From Pseudogymnoascus verrucosus (Eukaryota): a DNA stretch of 64,000 bases. Numbering within the stretch: position 1 is the first letter of the stretch; each line of letters starts with the position of its first letter. The position numbers and the translations under genes are program-made. The DNA lies in the NCBI GenBank assembly GCA_001662655.1, contig KV460221.1, one strand, 5' to 3'. The notes beneath the pieces are model-generated. The model did not search any database and was not told where the DNA came from. It was given only the letters and a program-made list of their open reading frames with translations. This document shows positions 49,975 through 62,907 of the stretch, piece by piece.

Positions 49975-50634
49975 TTACTTGGACGCCGCCATAGCCGCTT
50001 CTCGGTCCTTAATAATCTTTGCAATTGCCGGGCGGGCCTTGATGCGCTCCAACCAGGCGTTGAGGGCGGGGAAGTCCGTCTCGAGGTTGATCCTGTCCGC
50101 GAAAAGGGGCGCGATGGCATACCACATCACGAAAGAAGCATCGGCGTAGCTGTACTTGCCGCCTACGAGGAACTCCTTGCCCTGCAGTACGCCGTTGAGG
50201 ACGCCGGAGACGCGACGGATCTCATTAACGTAGCGGTCGACAACACTAGGGAGCTTCTCGGGGTGGTAGAGGGTAAACCACACAGCCTGTCCGAAGTAGG
50301 GGCCCTGGCCAGATACCTGGTAGTATAGCCACTGCTTGGCTTCGTAGTACTCTTTCGAGCCTAGAGCAAAGTTAAAGTTGTTTTGCTTGTCGTAAGTTTC
50401 GACCAAGTATTCAATAATGGCACCCGACTCCCACAGCGTGATGCCCGTATTCGGGTCCTCAATTGAAGGCACACGGCCATTGGGGTTGATTGACTCGTAC
50501 GCTTCCTTCTTCATGTCTGGGAAATCGATCATTTTGACAGTGTAAGGGACGCTAAGCTCCTCGAGAACCATGGCCACCTTCCAGGCGTTAGAGCCGCTGT
50601 CGTGGCCCCAGAGAGTGATCGGCTTGAGAGACAT
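49975..50634 (-). CDS. Glutathione S-transferase, Ure2-like class (intronless)
   Basis: MSLKPITLWGH, WKVAMVLEEL, INPNGRVP, LWESGAII, QVSGQGPYFGQ, YSYAD; 219 aa. Confidence 0.92.
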   Translation of the reverse strand: MSLKPITLWGHDSGSNAWKVAMVLEELSVPYTVKMIDFPDMKKEAYESINPNGRVPSIEDPNTGITLWESGAIIEYLVETYDKQNNFNFALGSKEYYEAKQWLYYQVSGQGPYFGQAVWFTLYHPEKLPSVVDRYVNEIRRVSGVLNGVLQGKEFLVGGKYSYADASFVMWYAIAPLFADRINLETDFPALNAWLERIKARPAIAKIIKDREAAMAASK

Positions 50635-51788
50635 GTTGCTGAAGTGGTGTGGGCGTAGACTTGGCTTGGTATGCAGGAATATTGAATGAAGATGAGAGAC
50701 TTGACACTTCTGCGATTGAGTCTGATGCACAAGATGATAATTGTATCTCTGGGACAGACACACTGGCCTCTTAAGTATCCCGGAGGAATATCTCAGAGCT
50801 ATATGCTATTATAAATCATCAAGTTACAGAAAGCTAGGAAATCAAAATTGTTCTGTCTACGAGGCCTCCCCACTCTGGCGGAACTACAACGATGATTATG
50901 AACTTCAGTCTACTTCCGCTCCGGCGGAGCTACAACGATGATTACAAAATCAAAAGCGAGGTGGGGGACAAGCTGACAGTTGGTCAACGGTTTCCGAGTG
51001 GCGAATACTTTGTTGCTGGTATAACCACTTGTCCGGCTTACTAAGCTCTTTCGAAGGCGGGTGGAAGAAATTCCCGGACACTGCACAGTTATCCCACTTA
51101 GCGAAGTGTCCGGGCATTTCTTTCAACCGCCTTCGTTTCATTCTACGCATTATCTGATCAACACTCAAAGAATCATCTATATCCTTCGGGATGTGGTTTA
51201 CTTTCCTTCATAATCCTTATTTGAATCTCTATTTAGCAACATATAGTAGTATATAACTCTGGGTGAGACCCAGAGTTACGAGAAATCAGAGCATGTTTTA
51301 ACTGGATCTGAAGTGGTACTCCGTAGTATAACCATAGTTGCCGTAGCGATATTGGGGTAGTCATCACTCTATATCCACTTATATCCTTTACTAAGGCCGG
51401 TGGTACTTTTCGTCCTCCCCGCCTCTTTTCCGGTGGAATTGGCCGGTGGGCAGCACAAAAGCAAACTCTGTTCTGATTCCGGTGGAAGAGCGATTTCACC
51501 CCTGAACGGGATCCCTTACCAATAAATCAGTCAGTCGTAACAACGTCGGGTCAGGATCTGTGCACGGGAGAGATACCTGGTCAGCAACTTTCGATATTTT
51601 CAGGATCTCAAGAGTATCACCGATGGAGCTTGCAAGCGGACGCTGATTTGTAATGCCAGAAATCAACCACGTGAGCCGGGATGACCTCATCACCGAATGG
51701 CCCCTAGGTGATTCAAATAGCCCTATATCCCTCCTCAGTAGTGTCGCCGTGCATCTAGATATAATTTCTCTTCTCAATCAAAACCATC

Positions 51789-52846
51789 ATGACTGATCCA
51801 ACTCCTAAATCCGTACTGGTAACAGGAGCAAATGGGTATATTGGCAATGCAACTGCACGGGCTTTCGTGAGAGCAGGATGGACAACCTACGGTCTCGTGC
51901 GACAAGAATCACTGCTGCCCTCCCTCAAAGCAGAGGAAATCATCCCCATCCTCGGCTCGCCCGCCGACCAAACATTTATCGCCTCCCTCGACTTGAGCGT
52001 CGTCTTCGACGTGATTGTTTCCACAACGGAGGAAATAATGAACTATGTTCCACACTACAATGAGGTCGTCTCCTTGCTCGAGGTACTCGCTGAGCGGAAT
52101 CAAAGTCATGGGAAGAAGAAGCCTCTAGTACTGTTCACGAGCGGCTGTAAGGATTATGGCATGATGGACGAGATGTCCGATTCGCCCGGCCTGCAACCCC
52201 ACACAGAAGAGTCGCCCATAGCTCCTCCGCCCTTCGCACTCAATCGCGCCACCCACGCCATCAAGATCTTTGAGCATGCCTGCCTGTTTGATGCCGTTCT
52301 GTTGCGTCCCACAAACGTGTATGGGCTTGCCTCGTCGTATTATGGGGATTTCTTGCGGCTGGCGAAAGAAGGTAAGGAGAAAGGCGTGCTGGAATTCAGT
52401 GAGAACCCGAAGACTATCTTGCATGCCTTGCACGTAGATGATTGCGGGGAGGCGTATGTGGCGCTCGCAGAGTTTCCGCACAGGGAGAAGCTCAACGGAC
52501 AGTGCTTTAACATCTCCAGTTATAGATTTGAGACGCTAGAGGAGATTGCACAAGCGTTAGTGCATGAATATAACATTCAGAATGGGGTCAAGTGGTTGCC
52601 GGTTCCGCAGGGTCGTGCCGATGTTGATTTCGCTAGGCGTATGTTGAAGAGTTTCCTTCCTACATAATAATGAAACACGGCTAACAAGTCCCTATAGGCT
52701 TAATTGGATTCTCACAGTGGACTGGGAGCGACAGGTTGAGAGAATTGACTGGGTGGAAGGATCGCCGGGTTCTGTTTTCAAAGGGGTTGAAACAGTACAG
52801 GCTTGCGTACGAGGCTGCAATTACAAGACCAGAATCCAGAAGATGA
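51789..52846 (+). CDS. NAD-dependent epimerase/dehydratase (extended SDR)
   Basis: VLVTGANGYIG, FTSGCKDYG, LRPTNVYG, LHVDDCGEAY; intron 52639-52697 then RLIGFSQW...; TGA at 52846. Confidence 0.88.
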
Positions 52847-53117
52847 TGGAAATTAGCTATACATCAAGCTGAGATTTCTGTGAAATGGAACGGTTCCAAA
52901 GTTGGCTTTTGGAAAATCTAGACTTCTATAATTAGTCCAATTCTACTAGAATTAAAAGCTACATACTATTTGAAACTCAATACTGTAAATATGATCACAA
53001 CAGCCAATTATATCCAGAATGATGGCTATTGGCTCTGGGATTGATTGGTCCAGTGGCTAGTAACAGTTGCACTTAAGGTATTAGGTGCAGCTCGGAATTT
53101 CCCTGTTTCTACCTTAC

Positions 53118-53582
53118 TCAAACTTTCCTAAGGCACTGTCCAGTGCTTAGACAGTGTCCTGTGCCTGGGTAGTTTCCCCCTTCCAAATCTTTGAGTTGTG
53201 TGGCCCTAGTTTCAAAGTATTTCAGACTCTCATCTATGAATTTGATGCATGGAATGACGCATTGGACCTTTAAAAGAGATTTCTTCACCAGTTTCCTTTT
53301 TGATGGGTCAACGAACCTGGGGAACAGAAGCTTTTCAAGCATGGCTTAAAGTGTGAACTTCCTATCGCACTTGCTAACACCAGAGGCAATGCGCTGCAAA
53401 GCCTCGATTGTGTAGAGATTAATGAATCGTTTATCTCCGCGCTCTGAAGGGTGATAAAGCTCTACATAAATTTGACGTGCTTCAGATACCTTTTTACCTC
53501 TTAATTTATCAGCTTTGGTGGGAGAGAGTATGACGCTAAGAGATACTACCTCATCGCACCTGAGTTCTAAATCTGCGTCCAT
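53118..53582 (-). pseudogene. DUF3723-like gene remnant
   Basis: TIEALQRIASGVSKCDRKF / MLEKLLFP..RKLVKKSLL..VIPCIKFIDESLKYFE..LKDL resembles the DUF3723 core from memory; frameshift at ~53345. Confidence 0.5.
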
Positions 53583-53632
53583 TCTTAAAATCCGTTTAAG
53601 ATCTAGTCTACTCTCCTATTCCATCTATTTAC

Positions 53633-55727
53633 CTAGCGCATGGCCTTCTGCAGAAGTGTACGGGCCCAAAACTGCGTTTCCTTTTCAATGGAAGCTTTGA
53701 TTGTATTCTCTCTCTCCCATCCATGTCCTTCCCCCTTATATATCACAACTTCAACGTCCTTTCCCTGCTCCTTCATGGTCTGTTGCATCTCCTTCGTCTG
53801 ACTCTCTGGCACCACCGTGTCCTGGTCACCCTGTAAAAGCAGGAGCGGAGCTCTGATTTTATCGACATTATAGCACGCACTTCTACTCCTGTATACAGGC
53901 CCCACGTCCTCCATTGTCTGTCCATCTTTGAGGACAAGCTGCTGCACGTACTGGCTTTCGAACTTGTGCATTGTTTCTGCGAGCGCCTTAAGGTTGCTGA
54001 CGCCGTAGAGGCTTATAGCCCCAGCCCAGAGGTCGGGATACACGCACAACGCCTGGAGGACTGCATAACCACCCGCGGACTCACCGACAATGCCAACGCG
54101 TGATCCATCGATAAGGTGTTGGGATATAAGGAAGGAAACACAGCTTGCGGCGTCAGCAATGTCAATGACACCCCATTCTCCCTGTAGAAGCATTCGGTAG
54201 GCACGTCCGTAACCCGTTGAGCCGGCATAATTAACACAGGCGTAAGCATAACCCCGTGAGGTCCAGTATTGTATCGCCAGAGAAAGGCCGGGTGCCACAT
54301 GCGTCGTTGGTCCGCCATGCATCCACAGTATGACCGGTGGTCTACAGCCGCGCCGTGCCTGGAAGCCTGGGTTCTTCGGCGGTACAAATATAGCGTGGGA
54401 TGAACCCACTTGGTTCTCACCATAGCAACGAGGAAAGGTGATGTGTTGAGACTCCGAAATGAGCGAAGCTGGTATGTTAAACTGAATGGAGGGCCTGAGA
54501 AGTCTTTTCTCTCCTTGGTTTCTGGTGTTGACGTAGTATACTGCTTGTGGCTCTGTCAGAGTTGTACCTATCACAATAAACTCCGTCGCAGAAAGGGTTC
54601 GAATTGCATCCCTTTGGATGTCAACGAGGCCAAGATTTAATTCTGTATACTGCTCTGTGTCAAGGTCGATCAAGATGAGTCTTGATGTTGCGTCCTTATT
54701 GACAGTTGCCACAATCGTGCTTCTGGTGAGGACGACATAAGTACAACTAGAGTATCATGTGTAAGAAATAGCATTCAAACGTCATTGGAATGAAGTACAA
54801 ACTTGGCCAGGTAACTTTCACGACTGCCGAATTCTGCAGTTTCGAGGCCTTTCAGACTGACAATTTGCGGTCTCGTTGCACCATGGGCCAGGCGGTAAAG
54901 TTGCCAATATCCGGTTTTATCGCTCACAAAGAACAAAGTACCATCAGGGCCCCATCTTGGCTGGCAAATGCTCTCTCTGCCTGCTTCTCCAGCAATCAAG
55001 ATACCACTTGCGCGCTCTCGCGGAGCCCACGTCGCGGAGTACAGCTCGCAACCAGTCCATGGCATGTCAGGGTGATTCCACTGTGTCCAACAAATTTGCT
55101 TCCCATCGGCGCTAAACTTAGGATGTTGATAGAAATCTGCATCCTGAGCCAAGATAAACACTTCTCGTTCATTGGCATCGACTGCTACGATAGAATTTAC
55201 TACCACATTTGATGAGTGGTCTTCTTGCACCGCAAGAACCCACTGCGGCAGAGTAGGGTGGACATTGAAATCTGCGAAGCGAAGGGTTTCGGTGGGCGGT
55301 AATATGCGCGTGATGTTTCCAGACTTGGGATATAATGAGAAGACCTCGTTGGTAGGATGATTCGTGAATATCAGGCTCCCATCAGGACTAATCGCAAATG
55401 ACCCACCTCCATATTCATGAACTGTGCTCATGGCATTGAATTGCTCAGGTAGAATATCCTCGGCACCGGATTCGAGAAGCTCAACGATGCAATAACGCCC
55501 GCCCTCGGCCGGGCGTGACTCAAGCACATAGACTTGCCCTGTTGAGGCCTGCTAATTTGTTATCGCTTCGTGCATGGGATGTAAAGCGCTCTTAATCTTA
55601 TTCAGAAGCTACATTTACTTACATTGACTTGTAGTCCTTCGAAACGAATACTGCCGCTGGAAAGTAGCTCTGCCGTGATTGGGCTGGTCCATGTCCCGAA
55701 TGGGGCATTCTGGAGCTCGTCAGTCAT
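53633..55727 (-). CDS. S9 prolyl-oligopeptidase-family dipeptidyl/acylaminoacyl peptidase
   Basis: APFGTWTSPI, ESRPAEGGR, VHEYGGG, HPDMPW, HGGPT, NYAGSTGYG, GESAGG (Ser), LLQGDQD (Asp), GEGHG (His); two introns; alternative in-frame ATG at 55754. Confidence 0.9.
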
Positions 55728-56255
55728 GCCAGCTGTGCGGTTGAAATCACTCATTCCTGAAAGCAGTCATCAATCTATTGTCAGTTAACCGAGAAGAAAC
55801 CTCTGCTACGTATAAGGCGAGCTTTGGCCGGTGGAGGAAAGCCGTACCTGCAAGCAAAGACAGATTGAAAAATATGGCTTCCACAGCTTCGAGAGGGTAT
55901 GGACAGGTTCGACCCAGTCAGTATTGTGCTGATATTTGTACGACGTTATCGCCACCGGCTCAGCGAAAGGAAAATTCACGCTAGGGGGAAATCGCTCTTA
56001 TTCTGGAATCGCGCTGTGACGCAGCCAGATAGTAGTCCACCCACACAGTAAGGCAGGTAGTCTCGTCTCGGTTTAGTATGGTCGAGTTGTCTGAAATGGG
56101 CACTGCAATTTATACTAGCGCGTGATGCTGGGGCTAACAATGCAATATTCCGTCGGTCGAGGGTATATTGGGCGAGATACTACCTTCTTCAATCACGGAT
56201 GTCAGTGGATCTACTTGTTTTAGCATTCTAAATAACTCATTAGCAGCGTTGAGCC

Positions 56256-56296
56256 TCGCCACTCTCATTCGCCACTCTCATTCGCCACTCTCATTC
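56256..56296 (+). repeat. 13-bp tandem repeat (TCGCCACTCTCAT) x3
   Basis: Read directly. Confidence 0.8.
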
Positions 56297-56763
56297 CCCT
56301 CTCTTTCGTCTGAAGTGGAGTAGAATTAGCACCCACAACAGCTCCCGACATTCCTGTGTGGAGGGCCGCAATGGGCGAAAAGGTCGAGATCAGGAGCGCC
56401 AGGTTACCGTTCCATGTGTCTTGGTAATGGTTCAATATATGTTCGTGATGCAAACGTTACTAGAGGCCGCAGTATCTCTGCAGGTTGTGGCCGTCATCGG
56501 TGACGAAAGATCACTTAGGTGCTCAAGTTGAAACAGGAAAGCACCGCATAATAATGGGCTTCTGTCAGACGAAAGACAGGTATCCTACCTGCTATGAGAA
56601 CTTCGGATTGCAAAGAACAGCCCATACACTTAATACTGCAGAAAACTTCATTCTCTTAGTTTTACTAGTAAGCCCAGCTTGTTGGTAACCGAGTGCAAGA
56701 CATCACTCCATGGATGGAATCCGTCAAAGTTCTAGCGAGTCCGCATCAACCATTCTCGGCCGC

Positions 56764-57716
56764 CTAATTCTTCATGAATTCCTCATACTCAGTCATGTTA
56801 TTGATCCCTTTTGGCATTCCATTTGGCTGAAGGCCATGCTCGTCCATGAGCTTGTCTCTAGTAGTCATTACCTTCTTCCACGAGTCGCGACCCAGCATAC
56901 GGTTGTGCCATATTTGAACGTTAGGATACTGCTTCAATGTATCTTCTCCTGGGGGGGTGAGGAGCGTGGCATCAAGACGGGCGTTCCAAGGTAGAAATGC
57001 GAGGTCAGCAAAGGTGCATTTGTCACCGACTAGCCAGATCTTGCCCTGAAGAGCATTGTTGAGAACTCCGAGGATGCGATGAACCTCTTTTGTGTAGCGC
57101 TCGATAGCAGAGGGGAGCTTTTCCTGATGGAGGACGTTAAACCTAGAAGGTATCTTAGTTTTGACTGCTATGGATTCGTATGGAGGACTTACCATCCACA
57201 CTGTCCAAAGTAAGGGCCTTGGCCACTTGTTTGGAAGTGAAGCCACTGGTTAAGCAGATACTTCTCGTTGAGCGAGTCATAAGTCAGCTTCCTCTCCTTG
57301 TCGTACACCTCTTCCAGGTACTGGATTATAGCTCCAGACTCCCACAGGATTAGGCTAGTATTGGGGTCCTCGATAGCTGAAGTAATCAGTAAACAATAAT
57401 AACACGAGAGCTCGATCAGACAGTCTTGTCGCGTACCAGGCACTCGTCCGTTTGGGTTAATGTTAATGAAAGGCGGCTTCTTGACGTCGTCGAACTTGAA
57501 AGAGTTGATGATATAGGGAATGCCAAGTTCCTCGAGGATTACTACTACCTAGAGCTTTTATTCAGCTTCAATCATTCCACTTCGCTGACGATAGCAGTTA
57601 ACCTTACCTTCCATGGGTTTGGACCCGGCGCTTCCGGTCAGTTAACATCTAAAATATCAATGTACATAGGATTATTTAGACTAACGAGTCAACCAGATAG
57701 TGATCGGCTTAATCAT
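56764..57716 (-). CDS. Glutathione S-transferase, Ure2-like class (multi-intron)
   Basis: [69 protein letters not shown] introns. Confidence 0.88.
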
Positions 57717-58170
57717 TTTGAGTTATCTCTCGTCTAATGCTTCGTGACAGGGCGAAAATCAGTTTCGAGCCGAATGTTTGTCTTTTGTGAATTTTAAGGC
57801 ATGTAGGTATATATACGTTGACTCGAGAATAAAAAGCGCCGCGACATGCTTCGGAGCGATAATTAAGCCGAGCAGCCATTGAACCGGGATACCTATAGGG
57901 ATAGCGGTTTAGAGTTTGTATCCCTAATCTCCCGGCATCTTTCTAAGTCTGCTATGAGTCTCGGACGCATACATTGAGCCAGTGCCGTTGAATTGAAGGT
58001 ACAGCAGGCCAAATGGGGCTTCTTCTGGTCTAATCCTTATCGAGATGTGCCCTGGCTGAGGCTAGAACTTACTAATAACCTGACTAACAACCTGACCATT
58101 ATGAAGATCTGATGTAATGCTTATGCTCTTTCAATCACTTAAGGGAGCGAAGAGTTTTCAGTGCGTAGAC

Positions 58171-58347
58171 CGCAGTGGGACGTTCTAGACACAGATGTTA
58201 CAACATACCTGGGCAGCGGGTGAATAATTCCGTGCTGACAAATTCACCAAAGTGGGATGTACGCAGTGGGACGATTTCGACACAGATGTTACAATATACC
58301 TGGGCTGGTGAAATAATTCGCGTGCTGACGAATTAACTAAAGTGGAA
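58171..58347 (+). repeat. ~91-bp tandem duplication in the divergent GST/GST promoter
   Basis: CGCAGTGGGACG..GACACAGATGTTACAA..CGTGCTGAC..AAAGTGG at 58171 and 58262. Confidence 0.85.
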
Positions 58348-58527
58348 CTTTCGACCCAGCGACAGATCACGGGATTAAATCTGACAAATGACGTATATCA
58401 TAATTGGGTTTCAGGTAAGTTATATACAGTAGTTAATAGTTTTTTTACGGGTTATATTGCACTTTGCAATTTGGAGGTTCTAGTATAGATCATTGCTCCG
58501 AGTCGCATTTGGTCTTTTCCAGCGACA

Positions 58528-59140
58528 ATGAAGCCGATAGTTCTCTACTCACGGTAAGTGCCAAACTGAACGATGCATAGGCTAAATGAAGAAATTACAC
58601 TAATAAGTCACACAGCCTTTGGGGTTTGTAAACTCAGATATGATTGTTATCGCATGCTGACGTGCATGACAGCCCAACCCATGGAAAGTGGCCATCGTTC
58701 TCGAGGAGCTCAAGCTGCCCTATAAGACACACATTTTGAAGTCAGATGAATTGAAGCTGCCAGAATATGAGCGTATCAGTCCCAATGGTAAAGTTCCTGC
58801 TATTGAAGACCCCAATACTGGAGTTAGTCTCTGGGAAGTAAGTATTCTTTCCCTATGCACAAAAAGGCTGTGTTTCTTATGCCACTCTTAGTCCTGTGCT
58901 ATCATCGAATACCTCGTCGACACCTACGACGAAGCCAGCACGATAAGCTATTCTACACTCCCTGGAAAATACCATATCAAACAATTTCTATATTTCCAAG
59001 CTTCGGGCCAAGGGCCATATTTTGGCCAAGCTTTCTAGTTCTTCTCCTTCCATCACTCCGAATACGTGCCTTCGGCCATCGAGCGCTACGGAAAAGAAGT
59101 TCTCCGCTTCCTGGGTGTGCTAGACAGGGTGCTGGAAGGA
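58528..59140 (+). pseudogene. Glutathione S-transferase, Ure2-like, premature stop and 3' truncation
   Basis: [47 protein letters not shown] (TAG in place of Trp), SAIERY..VLDRVL then homology ends. Confidence 0.8.
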
Positions 59141-60487
59141 GAGGGTTGAGGGAAGACCTGCTGTGAGAAAGGTGGTGCAGGATAGAGCGGATGCTACTGC
59201 TGCTGCTGCTTCGCACTAGACTTCATAGTACTAAGAAATAAAGAGCTGAGACTATTAAATCCACTCAGTGCCCCGTTTTCTTAAATCCTCGGCGAATGAT
59301 AGGTACTGGCCCGGTCGGCATGCTAGCCATTTCGTCCGGTGGGGCCGGAAGACGTGGCCCAGCAAGAGTACCCCTTAGCATTGTTATCAGATTTCGAGAG
59401 CAACGCCCAGGTTGATAATGTGGGCCGACCAATGGCTGTGAAATCTCTGAGAATATCTGCGCTGGGAATGAGATAGCTAAGGAAATCGGAGAGATATATC
59501 TTTCCGCCGGATACTATGCCTCGTTCCTGCCCCTTCATATAAACCCGTTGCCTCTTAGTGCTTTTGCTGTTCCCGGCCAGCCAACCCCGAAAAGGACGCG
59601 GTTTCCCTCCGTGCCCGGCGCTAAATTACAAATCATGGAATACTCCGTAGTAACCAAAAGGCCAGATTCACCAGGGGGCAGGGGGGTTATATTCTCGCGT
59701 TCCCTATTTCACAGATTGTATAGTCACTTACACGACGGGCTTCCCCTACCCCAAACTTTTCATTTGATGCTTCGCAGGGTTTCTAGGCTATTGTCCAAAT
59801 ACGGTCAAGCGCAAATAATTCCATCAAGCCAATCAAAGGATATTGATAATCCGCGATGCGAGTTTCCATGGACACGTACGACAGGAATTACTCTTCCTCT
59901 AAATTTAGGACTTTTGGACTTATTTGGACAAGACCTACTAATAACCAACCGCCCATCGCGCCTAGATGATTGTGGCAAATGACTTCCGCGATTATGTGAT
60001 TATTCGGACTACGTTAGAGAGGTTAGACTCTTATACCGCATGACTGATCCGAGAAGAGCCCAATTAGGCGTCGCAACCTATTTACTTTTCGGGTTCTGTA
60101 AAGAATGACCTCTTAACTTATGCCAAAATCCGTAAGACTAGAATAGACACTAATTTTCTAAAGTAAAACTTAACATACTTACAGACAACGGCCAACCTTC
60201 CTCCCTGGTAGCTTACGTTGCATTGTATTTTGTGACATCAGATTCTCGAGCGATAACATGAACTTGCGGCTAGCTGGCTCTTTCAGGAAATTGACGGCCT
60301 AAGTTGGCCCAGACATATACAAATATCTCACAGCGATCTCTAAGGGATGGGTTTGTATATTGCTCTCCTCTTATTAGAAGCAGAGATTAACCATGCCGAT
60401 CTAGCGGGCGAGGGTAAGATATTTGCGTGCAACCTTGATCATTTGGCACCCGAGGTCAAGAAATGGCGGCACCACCATCACAATACC

Positions 60488-62245
60488 CTATAATCGAGCA
60501 TGAGGGATATCTACCCTCCTCTTCACCACGTCGTCAATAATCGACATGGCCTGGAGGAGCCTCCTCTCCTGCAGCCGCGGAGCAACAACTTGGATAGATA
60601 ACGGGGTGTTGAGATACACCCGTCTATCAATGCTATTCTTGTCCCCTATATGTATCGCGTTAGTAAATCAGTCTTCTTCCGTCTGCACCATCACTAGCAT
60701 AAGGCACAGGTGAGGTTACTTACATAATGTCCTGTTATACTCATCCCAGCTACCCAGTGGCTCGCTATCGTCCGTCCATTCATCGTGCAGGTCCTCCTCT
60801 TTAAACTCCCTCACCGGCAGCGTGCCAGCAGGATAGTCCAGAAGGACGAAGCTACTCGTGTAACCTACGCTATTCCAGCGATCAATCGGGGGCACCGGAT
60901 GTGGTGCCACAGGACAGATAAACGCATCGATCTGCCGACCCTTGGCATCCGTCCAGATCTTGAGCATCTCTGCCTCCAGTGCCTCCTTCTGCGCGTGGAT
61001 CGCCACGAGCCCGCCCATCTTTATTATCTTCCCCCTCTTTAACCGCGGGCCTAGCCACTCGGTCAACGGCTCGCCTGTCTTCTCTAGCAGGTCAAACATG
61101 TAGTTGGCCCCGCCCATCCTGTAGAACTTGTCCACCAGTGACGGACACTCCTTGAGCGCCGGGGCATGGAGCTCCACGACCTCTATACCCTCTGACCTTA
61201 GCATCTGCACCGTCTCATCTAGGACCTTCTTCACCGGCGGCAACGGCTGGATCACCCCGTCGCTCCAGAGAACACCGACGAGCAACTTCGTCTCCTGCCC
61301 AGCCGTGCCCTGTTCCTCCCACCCACCATACACGACCTCCGGGTCTCTCTCCCACGACCGCGCACCCGCCACCGTCGCGAGAAACAGCTCGCAGTCTCGC
61401 AGGCTCGCCGCGATCGGCCCCGCGCTCGCATTCAACGCGATGCCAGCGCCACCAGGCCTCGACCCTGTCTCCTGCCTCGCAAACGGGACCCTCCCGCGCG
61501 ACGGCTTCACGCCGTACACGCCGTTGCACATGGCGGGGATGCGGATGCTGCCGCCAACGTCAGTGCCGACGCCGAGCACGCTACCACGCAGGGCGACCAG
61601 CGCACCCTCACCGCCGGTGCTCCCGCCCGCCGTGACTCGCCGGTTGTGTGGGTTCAACACCCGCCCGAAGACGTTGTTGTCCGAGTCCAGTGCCATGAGC
61701 GTCTGCGGCACGTTGGTTTTGCAATATAGCACGGCGCCCTGCTGCAGGAGTACGTCCACGAGGAGGGAGTTCTCCTGCGCTGGGTTCTCGGCCAGGCTGG
61801 CAATGCCAATGGAGGCGTCATAGCCGCGCACCTTGAAGGTATCCTTGAGAGAGACGGGAACGCCGTGTAACGGGCCGAGCGTTTTCCCTGTGCGGGCGTA
61901 TTCCTCGTCGAGGAATTTAGCACGAGCGAGGGCGTCATCAAAGAAGATTTCCGTTAGGCAGTTGGTGAGTTGGTGTGCGATGGCGGCCCGTTTACAGAAG
62001 GCGAGTGCCACGGCGTGGGCGGTGTAGGTGCGGGAACCGATTGCGGCGGCGAGAGAGGTGGCATCGTGCTGGGAGGTGATCTCAAGCTCGAGGGGCGTGA
62101 GGATATAGGACCTGTGGGGGAAGGAGATCACAGATAGGGGTGCTGGATGCGGGACGGTTATGCGCCATTGGGGGGGGATGAGAGCGTTCTGCTTGGCCTT
62201 TTTGCGCGTGGCAATAGCTTTATAGGGAGGATCCAGAGAGGACAT
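60488..62245 (-). CDS. Amidase signature family enzyme (acetamidase/FAAH-like)
   Basis: LHGVPVSLKD, KTNVPQ, GGSTGGEG, GTDVGGSIRIPA (Ser-cisSer-Lys triad), LLDYPAG; last intron ~60647-60719; ends HARL*. Confidence 0.92.
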
Positions 62246-62819
62246 TGCAAGAGACAGCTGATAGAGAAGTCTAGTGTGGAGGTGCCTTGAAGATGGAAAT
62301 GAGGGAGGTTATAAGCTTACCACGGCACCTACACATGTCCTCTTGGCGAATTCTAGCCATGTCCAAATTGGTTCTAGGCCGTAGACGGCAATACCCCCCA
62401 CTATCTAAAATTGCTCTCCATGACCATACCTCGTCGTAATTGACCACCGCGTCGGCATTTCGGGGCCGAACAAGTTCCGAGGTCCCGGGGTTCCCATCAT
62501 TCATCTTACTAGGTCGTTTATCAAGTATCTTTCCACCTCTCTGTCTAGAAAATACTACTGCGTGCTATATACTGAAAACTCTGCATGCACTTAATTAGTC
62601 CAGGGGATATAGTATACGGGGTGGCAGATTTTGATTTGACTATATTACTATGTACGTACTGAAAGAATCGATATGGCCTCTCAGTCACCTTAGGGGAATC
62701 CTGTAGGCAGAATAGGTCTAAGCGAAATGGGCACCTGCTTTACGCCAGACGTTGGTGTTGCAGATTATAAAGTGCTTTCACTTTTGACCACAAGCTTTAG
62801 TCATAATCGCACCTAAAAC

Positions 62820-62907
62820 AATGCTAGCACTAACGCAAACTAAATCCTCTAATCAAGAGGATAGAATACTTCTAGCTATCCAAGCTACCAAACAAGGCCA
62901 TATTCAG
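62820..62907 (+). mobile_element. Tiny remnant of a pogo/Fot1 transposase N-terminus
   Basis: NQEDRILLAIQATKQGHIQ resembles the N-terminal HTH start of fungal pogo transposases. Confidence 0.45.

Noticed and set aside
50635..50763. 43-aa N-terminal extension of the GST ORF
   Set aside because: GST homology starts at MSLKPITLW (50634); the extension looks like 5' UTR
59323..59982. Short ORFs after the truncated GST
   Set aside because: No motif I can assign; probably decayed fragments
61128..61823. 231-aa plus-strand ORF
   Set aside because: Antisense shadow of the GC-rich amidase; the same applies to 48632-49120 and 49261-49791
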